NCBI GenBank assembly: GCA_037441345.1
Contig: JBBISJ010000006.1
Location: 3,530 to 67,529, forward strand
Source: Chloroflexota bacterium
Lineage (GTDB): Bacteria; Chloroflexota; Dehalococcoidia; SM23-28-2; RBG-16-64-32
Length of the DNA: 64,000 bases
Reading direction: 5' to 3'
Below the pieces are notes generated by a model, which was not told the origin of the DNA, made no database searches, and worked only from the letters and a program-made list of their open reading frames with translations. Made by a program: the position numbers and the translations under genes. Within the stretch, counting starts at the first letter, position 1; every line of letters begins with the position of its first letter. Positions 53,259-61,992 of the stretch are shown piece after piece.

Positions 53259-54818
53259 TCAGGAGCTGAAGCCGTGGATGGAGTCGTCGTCGCGCATCCG
53301 CCAGGTTGTCGGCCAGGAGTAAGGCGCCCGTGGACGAACCGGCTCCCCGCTTCCGCCGGAACTCGCACCGTTTCCCGCGATGGCACTGTCAACGGCCGCC
53401 ATCAGTTCGTAGTCATCCTCTGTGCGAGCGATCCGCAGTTTGGCGTCCGCGACTAGCGCCTGCAGGACCGCGCGGGACAGAGTGTGCCACATGACCCTCT
53501 CGTCTTCCCGGCGCCTGCACTCACTTCCGGCCTCCGCCAGCGTGCCGCTGATGTTGCGCCAGGCGTTGACCGCACGGCGGTACCGGCGCGCCGCTTCGCA
53601 GGCCTCGGCGAGCGCGGAGGCGATGCTGAGCCAGGCCTCGCTCGCGGTGGCACGGAAGGTGGCGAGTTCCGCAGCCTCGGCGGCCGCGACACAGATGACG
53701 TGCCAGCGCCTCCTGTTCGACTCACGAACGGCCATCTCCACTTCGGCCGCCTCCGCGATCGCGGACGTGGCATTCCGCCAGGCCAGGCACGCGGCTGAGT
53801 GGTACGCCCGAGCGGTCGCGGCGCTGCCAAGCTCTTCGGTCGCGACCTGCCAGCATGCGTTCAGAGCAGCCCTTCTCAGATTCGACTGAGTTGCTTCGGC
53901 AAGCGCGGCTGTTGCATTGCGCCAGCACCCACGCAGCCACTCATCGCGCGCAGCTTTTGCGGCCAGAGCGGACTCCAGCGCGTAAGAGATGGAGCGCCAG
54001 GTCCGCGAGGCCGCCGCTCGCTGTTCAAGCGAATTCGCGTGATGCGCGTCTGCCAACGCAACGCCGACGTTCCACCAGATCTGACGCGCGGCGCGATCCC
54101 TGTCGGCGAGACAATGAAGTTCCGCGGCCTCCGCTAGCGCACGGGCCGCACGGCTCCAGACAACCTTGCCCGAAGCCTCCCTGACAGCCCGGGCGTCCAG
54201 GGCCTCTTCCAGCGCCAGGAAGAAGTTACCCCAGGCAGTCTGCGAAGCGGCCTTTGCCCGGACGCGTTGAGAGGCACCTTCGAAATGGATTATCCGCACC
54301 GCCGGCTCCCCTGCGCCGGTGTCGGGAGACGCGCCCAGAAGGCCCCGCGGGCGAACCGGGGGTGACGCCGGGCTTATTGACGCCCGACCCCAGAAGTCGG
54401 CTTCCAATCGCGCTGGAAGCGCCCAGTAGAGCATGACGTGCTGGATGTCCAGTCCGCGCTCAATTTCGTGGCGTACGAACTCGTGAGCCGAATCGAGATC
54501 AGCGAACGAGAACGGGTAGACAACGCCCCGGTAGGTGTCGCGGATCAGGACGAGCGCCTCCGCCTGCGCGCCGCCGGGATCCCACTGAAGCCCCCAGAAC
54601 AGCACCGAACCGTGCGGGAGGTTGCCCCGAAGGACGGAGTCAACGAACAGTTCGGCGGATCCGGCAGATGAAAAGCAGTTCAACTGATAGCTTGCGACCC
54701 CGGCGTGGTCCGGCAGAAGCACGAACAACTGCGCAGAGGCCGAAGGGCCTTCGCGCCCGAACGAGGGGGTGTCTCCGTTCCTGCGTTCCCGTCCCAGTAA
54801 TTCCCTCATGATTCCCAT
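53259..54818 (-). CDS. hypothetical protein with an N-terminal ~190-aa domain followed by ~10 tandem 24-residue Trp-initiated repeats (W-x-N-x3-ALAEA-x13)
   Basis: start ATG with a GGGAGGG SD; repeats such as WRNATAALAEATQSNLRRAALNAC and WRNATSAIAEAAEVEMAVRESNRRR; no known family recognised. Confidence 0.5.
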   Translation of the reverse strand: MGIMRELLGRERRNGDTPSFGREGPSASAQLFVLLPDHAGVASYQLNCFSSAGSAELFVDSVLRGNLPHGSVLFWGLQWDPGGAQAEALVLIRDTYRGVVYPFSFADLDSAHEFVRHEIERGLDIQHVMLYWALPARLEADFWGRASISPASPPVRPRGLLGASPDTGAGEPAVRIIHFEGASQRVRAKAASQTAWGNFFLALEEALDARAVREASGKVVWSRAARALAEAAELHCLADRDRAARQIWWNVGVALADAHHANSLEQRAAASRTWRSISYALESALAAKAARDEWLRGCWRNATAALAEATQSNLRRAALNACWQVATEELGSAATARAYHSAACLAWRNATSAIAEAAEVEMAVRESNRRRWHVICVAAAEAAELATFRATASEAWLSIASALAEACEAARRYRRAVNAWRNISGTLAEAGSECRRREDERVMWHTLSRAVLQALVADAKLRIARTEDDYELMAAVDSAIAGNGASSGGSGEPVRPRAPYSWPTTWRMRDDDSIHGFSS

Positions 54819-54976
54819 GTCTCGAACCCTCCCTTTTGGCCCCGCCAGGGGTTGATTCCGGCTCCGGCACGGCCGGGTCCCTGTGACGCCTGAGTCAAGT
54901 GTCGCCAACGAGGGTGAACAGGGCGGTGAAGGGCAAGGTTGTCTGGGTAAAGATTCGGTTAAGGTCGGCCCCGGCG

Positions 54977-55966
54977 CTATCTACCGTCCGATGCCCAATC
55001 CCGGGCCGCCGGCAGGCCGGGAAGAGACACAGCTTCACGCACTGCCCGCAGGACCGCCCTCTCGACCGCGCGCGCTGCCAGCGCTCCGAGTTGCATGACG
55101 TCCACGTCCGCGTCACTTTCGCACGTAGCCAGCGCGAACACGATATCGCCGTCTACCGGGGTGTGAACCGGCCGGATAGTCCGGGCAAGGCCGGTCTGAG
55201 CCATGACTGCCAGCCGCTGAGCCTGGTCCTTCGTCAGACCTGCGTCCGTGGCGACAACCGCCAGGGTGCTGTTTTCCGCCGCGGCGAAGGGAGAGGCGGA
55301 GGCCCGGTCGCGCAGGACATCGATCGACGAATGGAATTCACCGCGCAGTTCGGCCCGCACACCGGCCACGACAGAGCCGTTCGCGGGGTCCAGGACCTCT
55401 CCCCAGCTGTTCACGGCGACCACGGCACCGACCTGTACACCCGAAGCCGCTTGCTCCACGGCGCTTCCAAGCCCGCCGCGCATCGCCCGTTCGGCGCCGA
55501 GCGCCTTGCCAACGGTCACGCCGGCGCCCGCACCAACGCTCCCACAGACCACGGGGTCCGACGACGCGGACCGGCAGGCATCGTACCCAGCCGACGCGTC
55601 AGGCCGGACTTTGCCCTCCGTGATAGTGAAATCGTACAGGCAAGCTGCGGGCACGATGGGGACAACGCCGGCGGTGACCGGGAACCCATGGCCCCGCTCC
55701 TCCAGCCAGCGCATCGCGCCCGACGCCGTGTCCAGGCCGAAGGCGCTGCCGCCGGACAGCATCACCCCGTGAACCCGATCGACCAGGTTGCCCGAGCGCA
55801 GGAGATCGGTTTCCCGGGTGGCCGGCGCGCCGCCGCGCACGTCCACCGACGCGATGGCGCCGGCGGGAGCCAGTACCGCGGTACAGCCGGTCAGCCCGGT
55901 CTCGTGGGTCCAGTGTCCCGCCGTGATTCCTGAAACCGCGGTGATCGTATCGTTTGGCATTTGCAT
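54977..55966 (-). CDS. P1/S58 family peptidase (DmpA/L-aminopeptidase D-Ala-esterase-like)
   Basis: ITAVSGITAGHWTHETGLTGCTAVL...VDVRGGAPATRE (S58 N-terminal signature). Confidence 0.8.
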   Translation of the reverse strand: MQMPNDTITAVSGITAGHWTHETGLTGCTAVLAPAGAIASVDVRGGAPATRETDLLRSGNLVDRVHGVMLSGGSAFGLDTASGAMRWLEERGHGFPVTAGVVPIVPAACLYDFTITEGKVRPDASAGYDACRSASSDPVVCGSVGAGAGVTVGKALGAERAMRGGLGSAVEQAASGVQVGAVVAVNSWGEVLDPANGSVVAGVRAELRGEFHSSIDVLRDRASASPFAAAENSTLAVVATDAGLTKDQAQRLAVMAQTGLARTIRPVHTPVDGDIVFALATCESDADVDVMQLGALAARAVERAVLRAVREAVSLPGLPAARDWASDGR

Positions 55967-56047
55967 CCTTTTGGCCGCCGCGATCGTCTACGTTAGCAGG
56001 GCCGTTAAACCCCCTTATAATAAAGGCAGGACGAATCGGACATAGAC

Positions 56048-56761
56048 ATGAGGCTTTCAAGCTTGGGCGGACCGCGGCGAATGCTCCTCGGAGCAGGTAT
56101 CGCCGCATTCTTCGTGGGCGCGGCCTTGTTCGGCGTCGGCGTCTACCAGATGACGACATCGGGTGGAGAAGAGGAAGGTTCCGACGTGCCGGTGATCGAC
56201 GTGGGCAACCTGCCGACACCGTACGCGACTGCCACCCCCGTCTCCGCGACGCCCACACCGGTGCCCACACCGCCGCTGGGCGATGCACCGTTCACCATGA
56301 TCATCGACAAGCTCGGCGTTGACGCGCCAGTCCAGACGTTCGGTCTTGACGAAAACGCCGTGCCGGAGGTGCCGGTCGACGCCAACGCGGCCAGGATTGT
56401 CGCCTGGTACGACTTCTCGGCAAAGCCGGGCACGGGCAGCAACGCCGTGTTCGCGGGGCATGTGACCTGGAACGGCCAGGCCGTGTTCTACAATCTCAGT
56501 TCAGTGGTTGCGGGCGACCGGGTGCAGTTGAAGGGCGACGATGGCACTTTGCTTGTTTACCGTGTCACCGATGTCTTCCAGGTCGACCCCAACGACCCCG
56601 ATTCACTGAACGTGATGAAGGGGACACCGGACGACGTCATTACGATCATCACCTGCGATGGGGTCTACTCGGACACGAACGACCCTGTGTTCGGGGGTGA
56701 GTACAACCGCCGCCTGGTCGTACGTGCGGCCCTCGAGAGCGTCACACCCGGCGCCGCTTAG
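56048..56761 (+). CDS. sortase (class E/F-like, N-terminal membrane anchor)
   Basis: TM anchor, conserved His FAGHVTWNG, catalytic ITIITCDG (TLxTC) and an Arg-containing C-terminus. Confidence 0.8.
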   Translation: MRLSSLGGPRRMLLGAGIAAFFVGAALFGVGVYQMTTSGGEEEGSDVPVIDVGNLPTPYATATPVSATPTPVPTPPLGDAPFTMIIDKLGVDAPVQTFGLDENAVPEVPVDANAARIVAWYDFSAKPGTGSNAVFAGHVTWNGQAVFYNLSSVVAGDRVQLKGDDGTLLVYRVTDVFQVDPNDPDSLNVMKGTPDDVITIITCDGVYSDTNDPVFGGEYNRRLVVRAALESVTPGAA

Positions 56762-58221
56762 CCCGCCGCGGCTGCCAGCCGCGCCCTGGCCGAGCGGAGC
56801 CGTTCGAGCGTCGTCTCGCGGCCGAGCACTTCCATCGTCTCGAACAGGGGAGGGGTGGCCGTCTTACCCGTCACGGCCACACGCACCAGGCCGAATAGGT
56901 CTCCAGCCTTGACCCCGGCCTCTTCGGCCAAAGGGCGAATAGCGTCCTCCAGTGCCTCGTGCGTCCAGACCTCAACGGCCTCCGCGCGTCCAATGACCCG
57001 ATCCAGGGCGCCCAAGGCATCCTCCAACCGGCCGGCGAACTTCTTTCCGAGCAGCGTGGCCACATCGTACGCGAGTGGGCCATCGGTGAAGAAGAAATCG
57101 GCCATGTCGACGATTTCGTTTAGCAGTTTGATCCGCTCCCGCACGAGGGGGATGACCCTCCCGAGCAGTTCCATGTCCACCCGCCCCCCGATCGCATCTT
57201 CTAGGTACGGGCGCACGGCCGCCGCAAGGCCGTCCGCATCCATCTCCCGGATGTAGACGCCGTTCATCCACAGCAGCTTCTCCGCGTTGAAGACTGCGGG
57301 GTTTGGGATGAGGCGCTTCAGATCGAAGTGCTCAACCAGGGTCTGGCGCGAGATTATGTCCGTGTGGTCGTCCAGGGACCAGCCGAGGAGCGCGAGGAAG
57401 TTGATTACGGCGTCGGGCAGATAGCCCTGCTCCCGGTACTCGAGGACGGAGTGCGCGCCGTGTCGCTTGGACAGCTTCGCGCGGTCTGGTCCGAGGATCC
57501 GCGATACGTGGGCGATCAGGGGCGGCTTCCAGCCAAACGCCCGGTAGACCAGGAAGTGCCGGGGAGCGCTGGGCAGCCATTCCTCACCCCGGATCACGTG
57601 CGTGATCTCCATCAGGTGATCGTCGACGATCGCCGCAAGATGGTACGTCGGGTAGCCATCTGACTTCACCAGGACGAAGTCGTCCAGCGTGTCGTTCTGA
57701 AAGACGACGCTGCCACGCAGCACGTCATGGGTCGCCGTCTCACCGCTGAGCGGGGTCTTGAACCGGATAACCGGCGTCAGACCCTGCGCCTCGAAATCCT
57801 CTCGCTGCTCCGGCGCCAGGCTGCGGCAGAACCGGTCATACCGGGGAGGCTCGCGCCGCGCCTGCTGCTCATGGCGGACCTGTTCCAGCCGCTCAGGGGA
57901 GCAGTAGCACAAGTAGGCATGATCGTTACGGAGCAACCGATCGGCGTGCTGGGCGTAGATCTCCAGCCGCTGCGACTGCACGTACGGACCGAAGGCGCCA
58001 CCAACGTCCGGCCCCTCGTCCCACTCGAGACCCAGCCAGCGGAGGGCAGACATTTGCGCTTCCACTCCGCCGCCGACCTGGCGCTTCTGGTCCGTGTCCT
58101 CGATGCGGAGGATGAACGTCCCGCCGTGGTGGCGGGCCAAAAGCCAGGCATAAAGCGCCGTGCGGATGTTTCCGAGGTGGGGCTCGCCGGTGGGCGAGGG
58201 AGCGTAGCGGGTGCGAACCTT
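56758..58221 (-). CDS. gltX: glutamate--tRNA ligase
   Basis: MKVRTRYAPSPTGEPHLGNIRTA (HIGH) and KLSKRHG (KMSKS); the upstream in-frame extension is translation of a heptamer repeat and is rejected. Confidence 0.9.
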   Translation of the reverse strand, partial: KVRTRYAPSPTGEPHLGNIRTALYAWLLARHHGGTFILRIEDTDQKRQVGGGVEAQMSALRWLGLEWDEGPDVGGAFGPYVQSQRLEIYAQHADRLLRNDHAYLCYCSPERLEQVRHEQQARREPPRYDRFCRSLAPEQREDFEAQGLTPVIRFKTPLSGETATHDVLRGSVVFQNDTLDDFVLVKSDGYPTYHLAAIVDDHLMEITHVIRGEEWLPSAPRHFLVYRAFGWKPPLIAHVSRILGPDRAKLSKRHGAHSVLEYREQGYLPDAVINFLALLGWSLDDHTDIISRQTLVEHFDLKRLIPNPAVFNAEKLLWMNGVYIREMDADGLAAAVRPYLEDAIGGRVDMELLGRVIPLVRERIKLLNEIVDMADFFFTDGPLAYDVATLLGKKFAGRLEDALGALDRVIGRAEAVEVWTHEALEDAIRPLAEEAGVKAGDLFGLVRVAVTGKTATPPLFETMEVLGRETTLERLRSARARLAAAAG

Positions 58222-58232
58222 CATAGGATTCA

Positions 58233-58260
58233 GGGTCGAGGGTCGAGGGTCGAGGGTCAA
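58233..58260. repeat. tandem heptamer (GGGTCGA)x4 (TCGACCC x4 in the gltX orientation), ending 8 nt before the gltX ATG
   Basis: GGGTCGAGGGTCGAGGGTCGAGGGTCAA is contiguous. Confidence 0.85.
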
Positions 58261-58304
58261 GTGACGTTCTGCTGGCGCCGAGACGGGCGCGGGTTTGATT
58301 GCGT

Positions 58305-58910
58305 CTAGTTTGTTAACCCCGGGAACGATTCCTGGAGGCCACCAACGATGAAGTCCACCGCTATCGCGACCAGGAGGATTCCCACCAGGCGCGTCATCAG
58401 GCGGAACGCGGAGGCGCCGAACAGGCCGAACAGCCGGTGGGACGCAACGTAGGCCACAAAGGAGATCGCCAGCACAGACGAGAAGCCCGCGATCGTCTCC
58501 GCTTCACCGAGCTGGTCGGAGAGTGAGGCCGCTGCGGCAAGCGCGCCGGGCCCCGCCATGAGTGGGGTTGCGAACGGCACCAGGGCAATATCGGGCGGCG
58601 CCGGCGCGGCTTCGGCCGCTGGTTCGTAGAACGCGCCCTGCGACACCATGCGATACGCCGGGATGAGCAGCAACAGGCCCGCGGCGATGCGGAATCCGGG
58701 CTCTGAGATGTTCAGGAAGTCCAGGACCTCCAGGCCGACCAGAGCGAACAACACGAGCATCAGGCCGGCCGTGGCGGCCGCGAGCAGTGCCACCTGCACC
58801 TGCTGGCGCGACGACATACGGGAGGTCATCAGGTGGAACACCACGAGGTTCCCGACGGGATCGATCATGACGAAGAACGAGACGAATGCTCGAGCGAAGT
58901 CGTCGCCCAT
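58305..58910 (-). CDS. MarC-family (UPF0056) integral membrane protein
   Basis: FVSFFVMIDPVGNLVVF N-terminus and 6 predicted TM helices. Confidence 0.75.
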   Translation of the reverse strand: MGDDFARAFVSFFVMIDPVGNLVVFHLMTSRMSSRQQVQVALLAAATAGLMLVLFALVGLEVLDFLNISEPGFRIAAGLLLLIPAYRMVSQGAFYEPAAEAAPAPPDIALVPFATPLMAGPGALAAAASLSDQLGEAETIAGFSSVLAISFVAYVASHRLFGLFGASAFRLMTRLVGILLVAIAVDFIVGGLQESFPGLTN

Positions 58911-58919
58911 GCCCAGATT

Positions 58920-59238
58920 CTATAGCTCCAAAAGCAGGTCCGTGATCTCGGCGGCATTCGTCCATCCCGGCAGAACGGCGATCGCCAGGCCGACCGGCTT
59001 CGCGTCCACCTCGGCCACGGCGAAGAAATCAGCGCGAGCCGCCGCACCGCGAAGCCACTCCTGATCGTATTGCGCATATGCCCTTTCGCCGGACCCGCGC
59101 GTCCGCCATACCAGCCGAAACGTCATCTGAGGCGGCGAGCCGGCTCGCTCGATGTGCAGATAGCGCGCGGTGGGATACCGCAGGTCGAGCCGCGCCAGCG
59201 GCGCGAAGTCACCAGGGCTCACCGGCCGGACGATCACA
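58920..59238 (-). CDS. GNAT-like acetyltransferase N-terminal fragment (ends just before motif A); possibly a truncated gene
   Basis: GTG start overlaps the nitroreductase stop (GTGA); ...FFAVAEVDAKPVGLAIAVLPGWTNAAEITDLLLEL-stop lacks the R/QxxGxG/A acetyl-CoA motif. Confidence 0.35.
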
Positions 59239-59851
59239 CCCCCGGGCTGCGTTGCGCTCCCCACGAGTCCCAGTGCGTCACTTCTTCTACGGGGCGCCGC
59301 TGACCGGTGCCGAACTTGCCGAGCGGCCAACCCATCGGGATCATCGCAACCGACTCCAGATTCGCCGGGATGCCCAGCAGCGCCTTCACCTCATCGTCAT
59401 GCGTCTTGTGCAGGGTGGTAAGGGTGGTACCGAGGCCAAGAGCCCGCGCGGCCAGCATTAAGTTCTGCACCGCAGGGAAGATGTTCGCGCCAGCACCCGA
59501 GACGGCGGCTACACCGGCCGGGTCGACGCAGGGGAAGATCAGGACCGGCACGCCCGCGATGTTTCGCGCCAGATAATCGGCCGAGCGGAACGTCGCAGCA
59601 CCTGCCGGGTTCGCCAGCGCTGCGTCCCGCATGGAGCCATACGATTTCTCCCAGCCATCCAGGTACCACTCCCCGATTCGCCGTTTCTTCGCGGCATCTG
59701 TGACAACCACGAAACTCCAGGGTTGCCGGTTGCCGCCGGATGGCGCGCGGATCGCCGCATCCAGCACCTTCCATATCAGTTCCTCCGGCACGGGATCGGG
59801 CTTCAACCGCCGCATCGCGCGGAGCGTGTACATCGCTTCGAAAACGTCCAT
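59235..59851 (-). CDS. nitroreductase family protein
   Basis: MRRLKPDPVPEELIWKVLDAAIRAPSGGNRQPWSFVVV. Confidence 0.8.
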
Positions 59852-59905
59852 AGGTGCCTCCCTCGTGTTCAGTCGCGGCTCAGCGTAGCACAGGGCCGGG
59901 CACCG

Positions 59906-60724
59906 CTACCGTCGGTCCGGCGCCGTCCGCAGGAAGCCGATCAGGAGGGGATTGAACACCTCCGGCTTCTCGATGCTGGGCAGATGCCAGCAACCGTCGA
60001 GAACGACACTTCGGGCATTCGGAATCGCCTCGGCCATCAGCTCAGCGATGAGGCGGAAATCCTCGATGTCGCGCTCGCCGACCACCACCAGCGCCGGCAC
60101 CGGGATCTCGTGCAGGTGTGAGACCAGATCAGGCTGCTCGTAACCCGGCTCGCCCTCGTAGTCCGCGCGGTACTCCGGCGCCTGGTAGGCCAGCACAACC
60201 TCTCGCAGTTCAGCAAACCGGTCCGGGTGGCGACGGACACCGTCGAAGAAGGCGTGGTTCAGCCAGATCCGCTCGAATGCCCGCGGCACCCCCTCGGCCT
60301 GCACGGCGGCAACAAGTTCCTCCAGTTCGGCGCTAAACTCAGGGCTGTAGCTGAACCCCGGCAGGGCGCTGTCCACCAGCGTGAGCGACGCCACCCGCGA
60401 GGGGTAATCGACGGTGAACTTGAGTGCGATCGCACCGCCCATCGACGAGCCGACCAGGTGCGCAACCTTAATGTCGCGCGCATCCAGGAGGTCAGCGAGA
60501 TCCCCGGCGTAGTTGTCCCAGGTGTATCCCGTGGCCGGCACATCGGTTCGCCCGTGCCCGCGAACGTCGTACGTGATGACACGGAACCCGGCTTGCCCAA
60601 GATCATCGATCTGGTAGCGCCACGTACTCAGGTCCGCGCTGTGCCCGTGCACCAATACCACGGGAGGGCCATTTCCCCGATCCTCGAAATACGTGCTGAT
60701 ACCGTTGGTGCTTACGTGAGGCAT
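59906..60724 (-). CDS. alpha/beta-fold hydrolase
   Basis: PPVVLVHGHSADLSTWRYQ and the nucleophile elbow GSSMGGAIAL. Confidence 0.8.
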   Translation of the reverse strand: MPHVSTNGISTYFEDRGNGPPVVLVHGHSADLSTWRYQIDDLGQAGFRVITYDVRGHGRTDVPATGYTWDNYAGDLADLLDARDIKVAHLVGSSMGGAIALKFTVDYPSRVASLTLVDSALPGFSYSPEFSAELEELVAAVQAEGVPRAFERIWLNHAFFDGVRRHPDRFAELREVVLAYQAPEYRADYEGEPGYEQPDLVSHLHEIPVPALVVVGERDIEDFRLIAELMAEAIPNARSVVLDGCWHLPSIEKPEVFNPLLIGFLRTAPDRR

Positions 60725-61345
60725 TCACCGCTCGATCAGGAAGTCTTCGATTCTTGCCGGCGCTCGCTCCTGCGGACGACCGCCAACTGTCGGGAAACCG
60801 AGCAGCACGAGGAACGCCGGGTGCCAGTCTGCGGGCAGGTCGAGAGCGTCACGAACGGCGTCCGCGCAGAACAGGGGCGCGCCCTTCAGGTAGCCCACGA
60901 TCCCCCGCTCGAACGCGGCCAGCAGGATGTTCTGGAGCGCCGCCCCCAGGCTCTGGACGAACATGTCTCGCTCGGCCCGGCGCCGCGCCTCGTCGGCCCA
61001 GGGCTGAACCCCGTCGAGCGTGAAACCAGCGACAAGCAGGGCCGGCGCATTCATAATCTGGTCCCGCGAGCGAGCGATGAGCCTGTCGATTTCTACGACC
61101 GGCCGGTTCACGCTCACCAGGTCCTGCAGCCACGCCTCGCCCATCGCGTCGGCAAGTCGCTCGCGACCGTCAGCCGAGGCCACGTGGACGAACCGCCACG
61201 GGCGCAAGTGATGCGGCGCCGGTGCAGCACAGGCGAGGGTCACCAGCTCCCTGACAATCAAAGGTGGTACCGGATCCGGGGCGAAGTTTCGCACGGAGCG
61301 CCGATGCAGGATGACGTCCGATACCGGCCGGTATTCCGTGCTCAT
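60725..61345 (-). CDS. nitroreductase-like protein, stand-alone FbiB C-terminal-domain-like (candidate dehydro-F420-0 reductase)
   Basis: ILHRRSVRNFAPDPVPPLIVRELV; immediately downstream of cofD-cofC; its start abuts the a/b hydrolase stop. Confidence 0.55.
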   Translation of the reverse strand: MSTEYRPVSDVILHRRSVRNFAPDPVPPLIVRELVTLACAAPAPHHLRPWRFVHVASADGRERLADAMGEAWLQDLVSVNRPVVEIDRLIARSRDQIMNAPALLVAGFTLDGVQPWADEARRRAERDMFVQSLGAALQNILLAAFERGIVGYLKGAPLFCADAVRDALDLPADWHPAFLVLLGFPTVGGRPQERAPARIEDFLIER

Positions 61346-61992
61346 GCGATCACCAGGCGATCTGCGAGACCCAGGCGAGCGAGAAGCTGCTGAGTCATTG
61401 TTGTCTCCGGGCGGGTAAGCAGCTCCCGCAGGTCCTCGGGTGTATCCATGTCCCGGGACAGGGAAGGCAGCCGGACTACTCGGAATTCCACCCGGGCACG
61501 CCGGGCCTCCCGCCTGTGGGCCGCAAACGACTCCCGGCCAAACCGGAACGGGATGACCCCGGGCGGGCGAAGCGCGAGGGCACTGGTTCCGCCGTCGCTC
61601 GAAGGCGCCGCGGCGACTCCACGCTCCGGCATGGCGGCCAGAAGCCGTCCGATGTCATCGCGAGTAACCTCCGGCAGATCGCCCAGCACCACGAGCACGG
61701 CGCCGGGCGGCGGCGACAGCGCGCTGACGGCGCGGTTGAGCGCCTGGTTCATGCCGCGAACGTCCGCCGTCTCGGCGATCGGCTGGGCGCCTAGACGGGC
61801 CGCGAGTTCCAGAACTTCCCGGGACGGACTTACAACGGAGACACCGGTGATCGCCCGGACGTTCATGAGGGCGCCGAGCACATCCTGGAGCATCGCCAGG
61901 ACGAGATCGCGGCGCTCAATAGCCGAGAGCGCAGACGCCAGCCGGCCCTTGGCCTCGGCCAGAGTCTTGGCCGGCACCAGTGCGTGGATCAC
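61342..61992 (-). CDS. cofC: 2-phospho-L-lactate (or PEP) guanylyltransferase CofC/FbiD
   Basis: MIHALVPAKTLAEAKGRLASAL...VVSPSREV...MNQALNRA (MobA-like nucleotidyltransferase fold pattern of CofC). Confidence 0.7.
   Translation of the reverse strand: MIHALVPAKTLAEAKGRLASALSAIERRDLVLAMLQDVLGALMNVRAITGVSVVSPSREVLELAARLGAQPIAETADVRGMNQALNRAVSALSPPPGAVLVVLGDLPEVTRDDIGRLLAAMPERGVAAAPSSDGGTSALALRPPGVIPFRFGRESFAAHRREARRARVEFRVVRLPSLSRDMDTPEDLRELLTRPETTMTQQLLARLGLADRLVIA

Noticed and set aside
58222-58260. N-terminal extension of gltX (MTLDPRPSTLNP)
   Set aside because: It is a translation of the (TCGACCC)4 repeat. Conserved GluRS proteins start at MK(V/I)RTRYAPSPTG.
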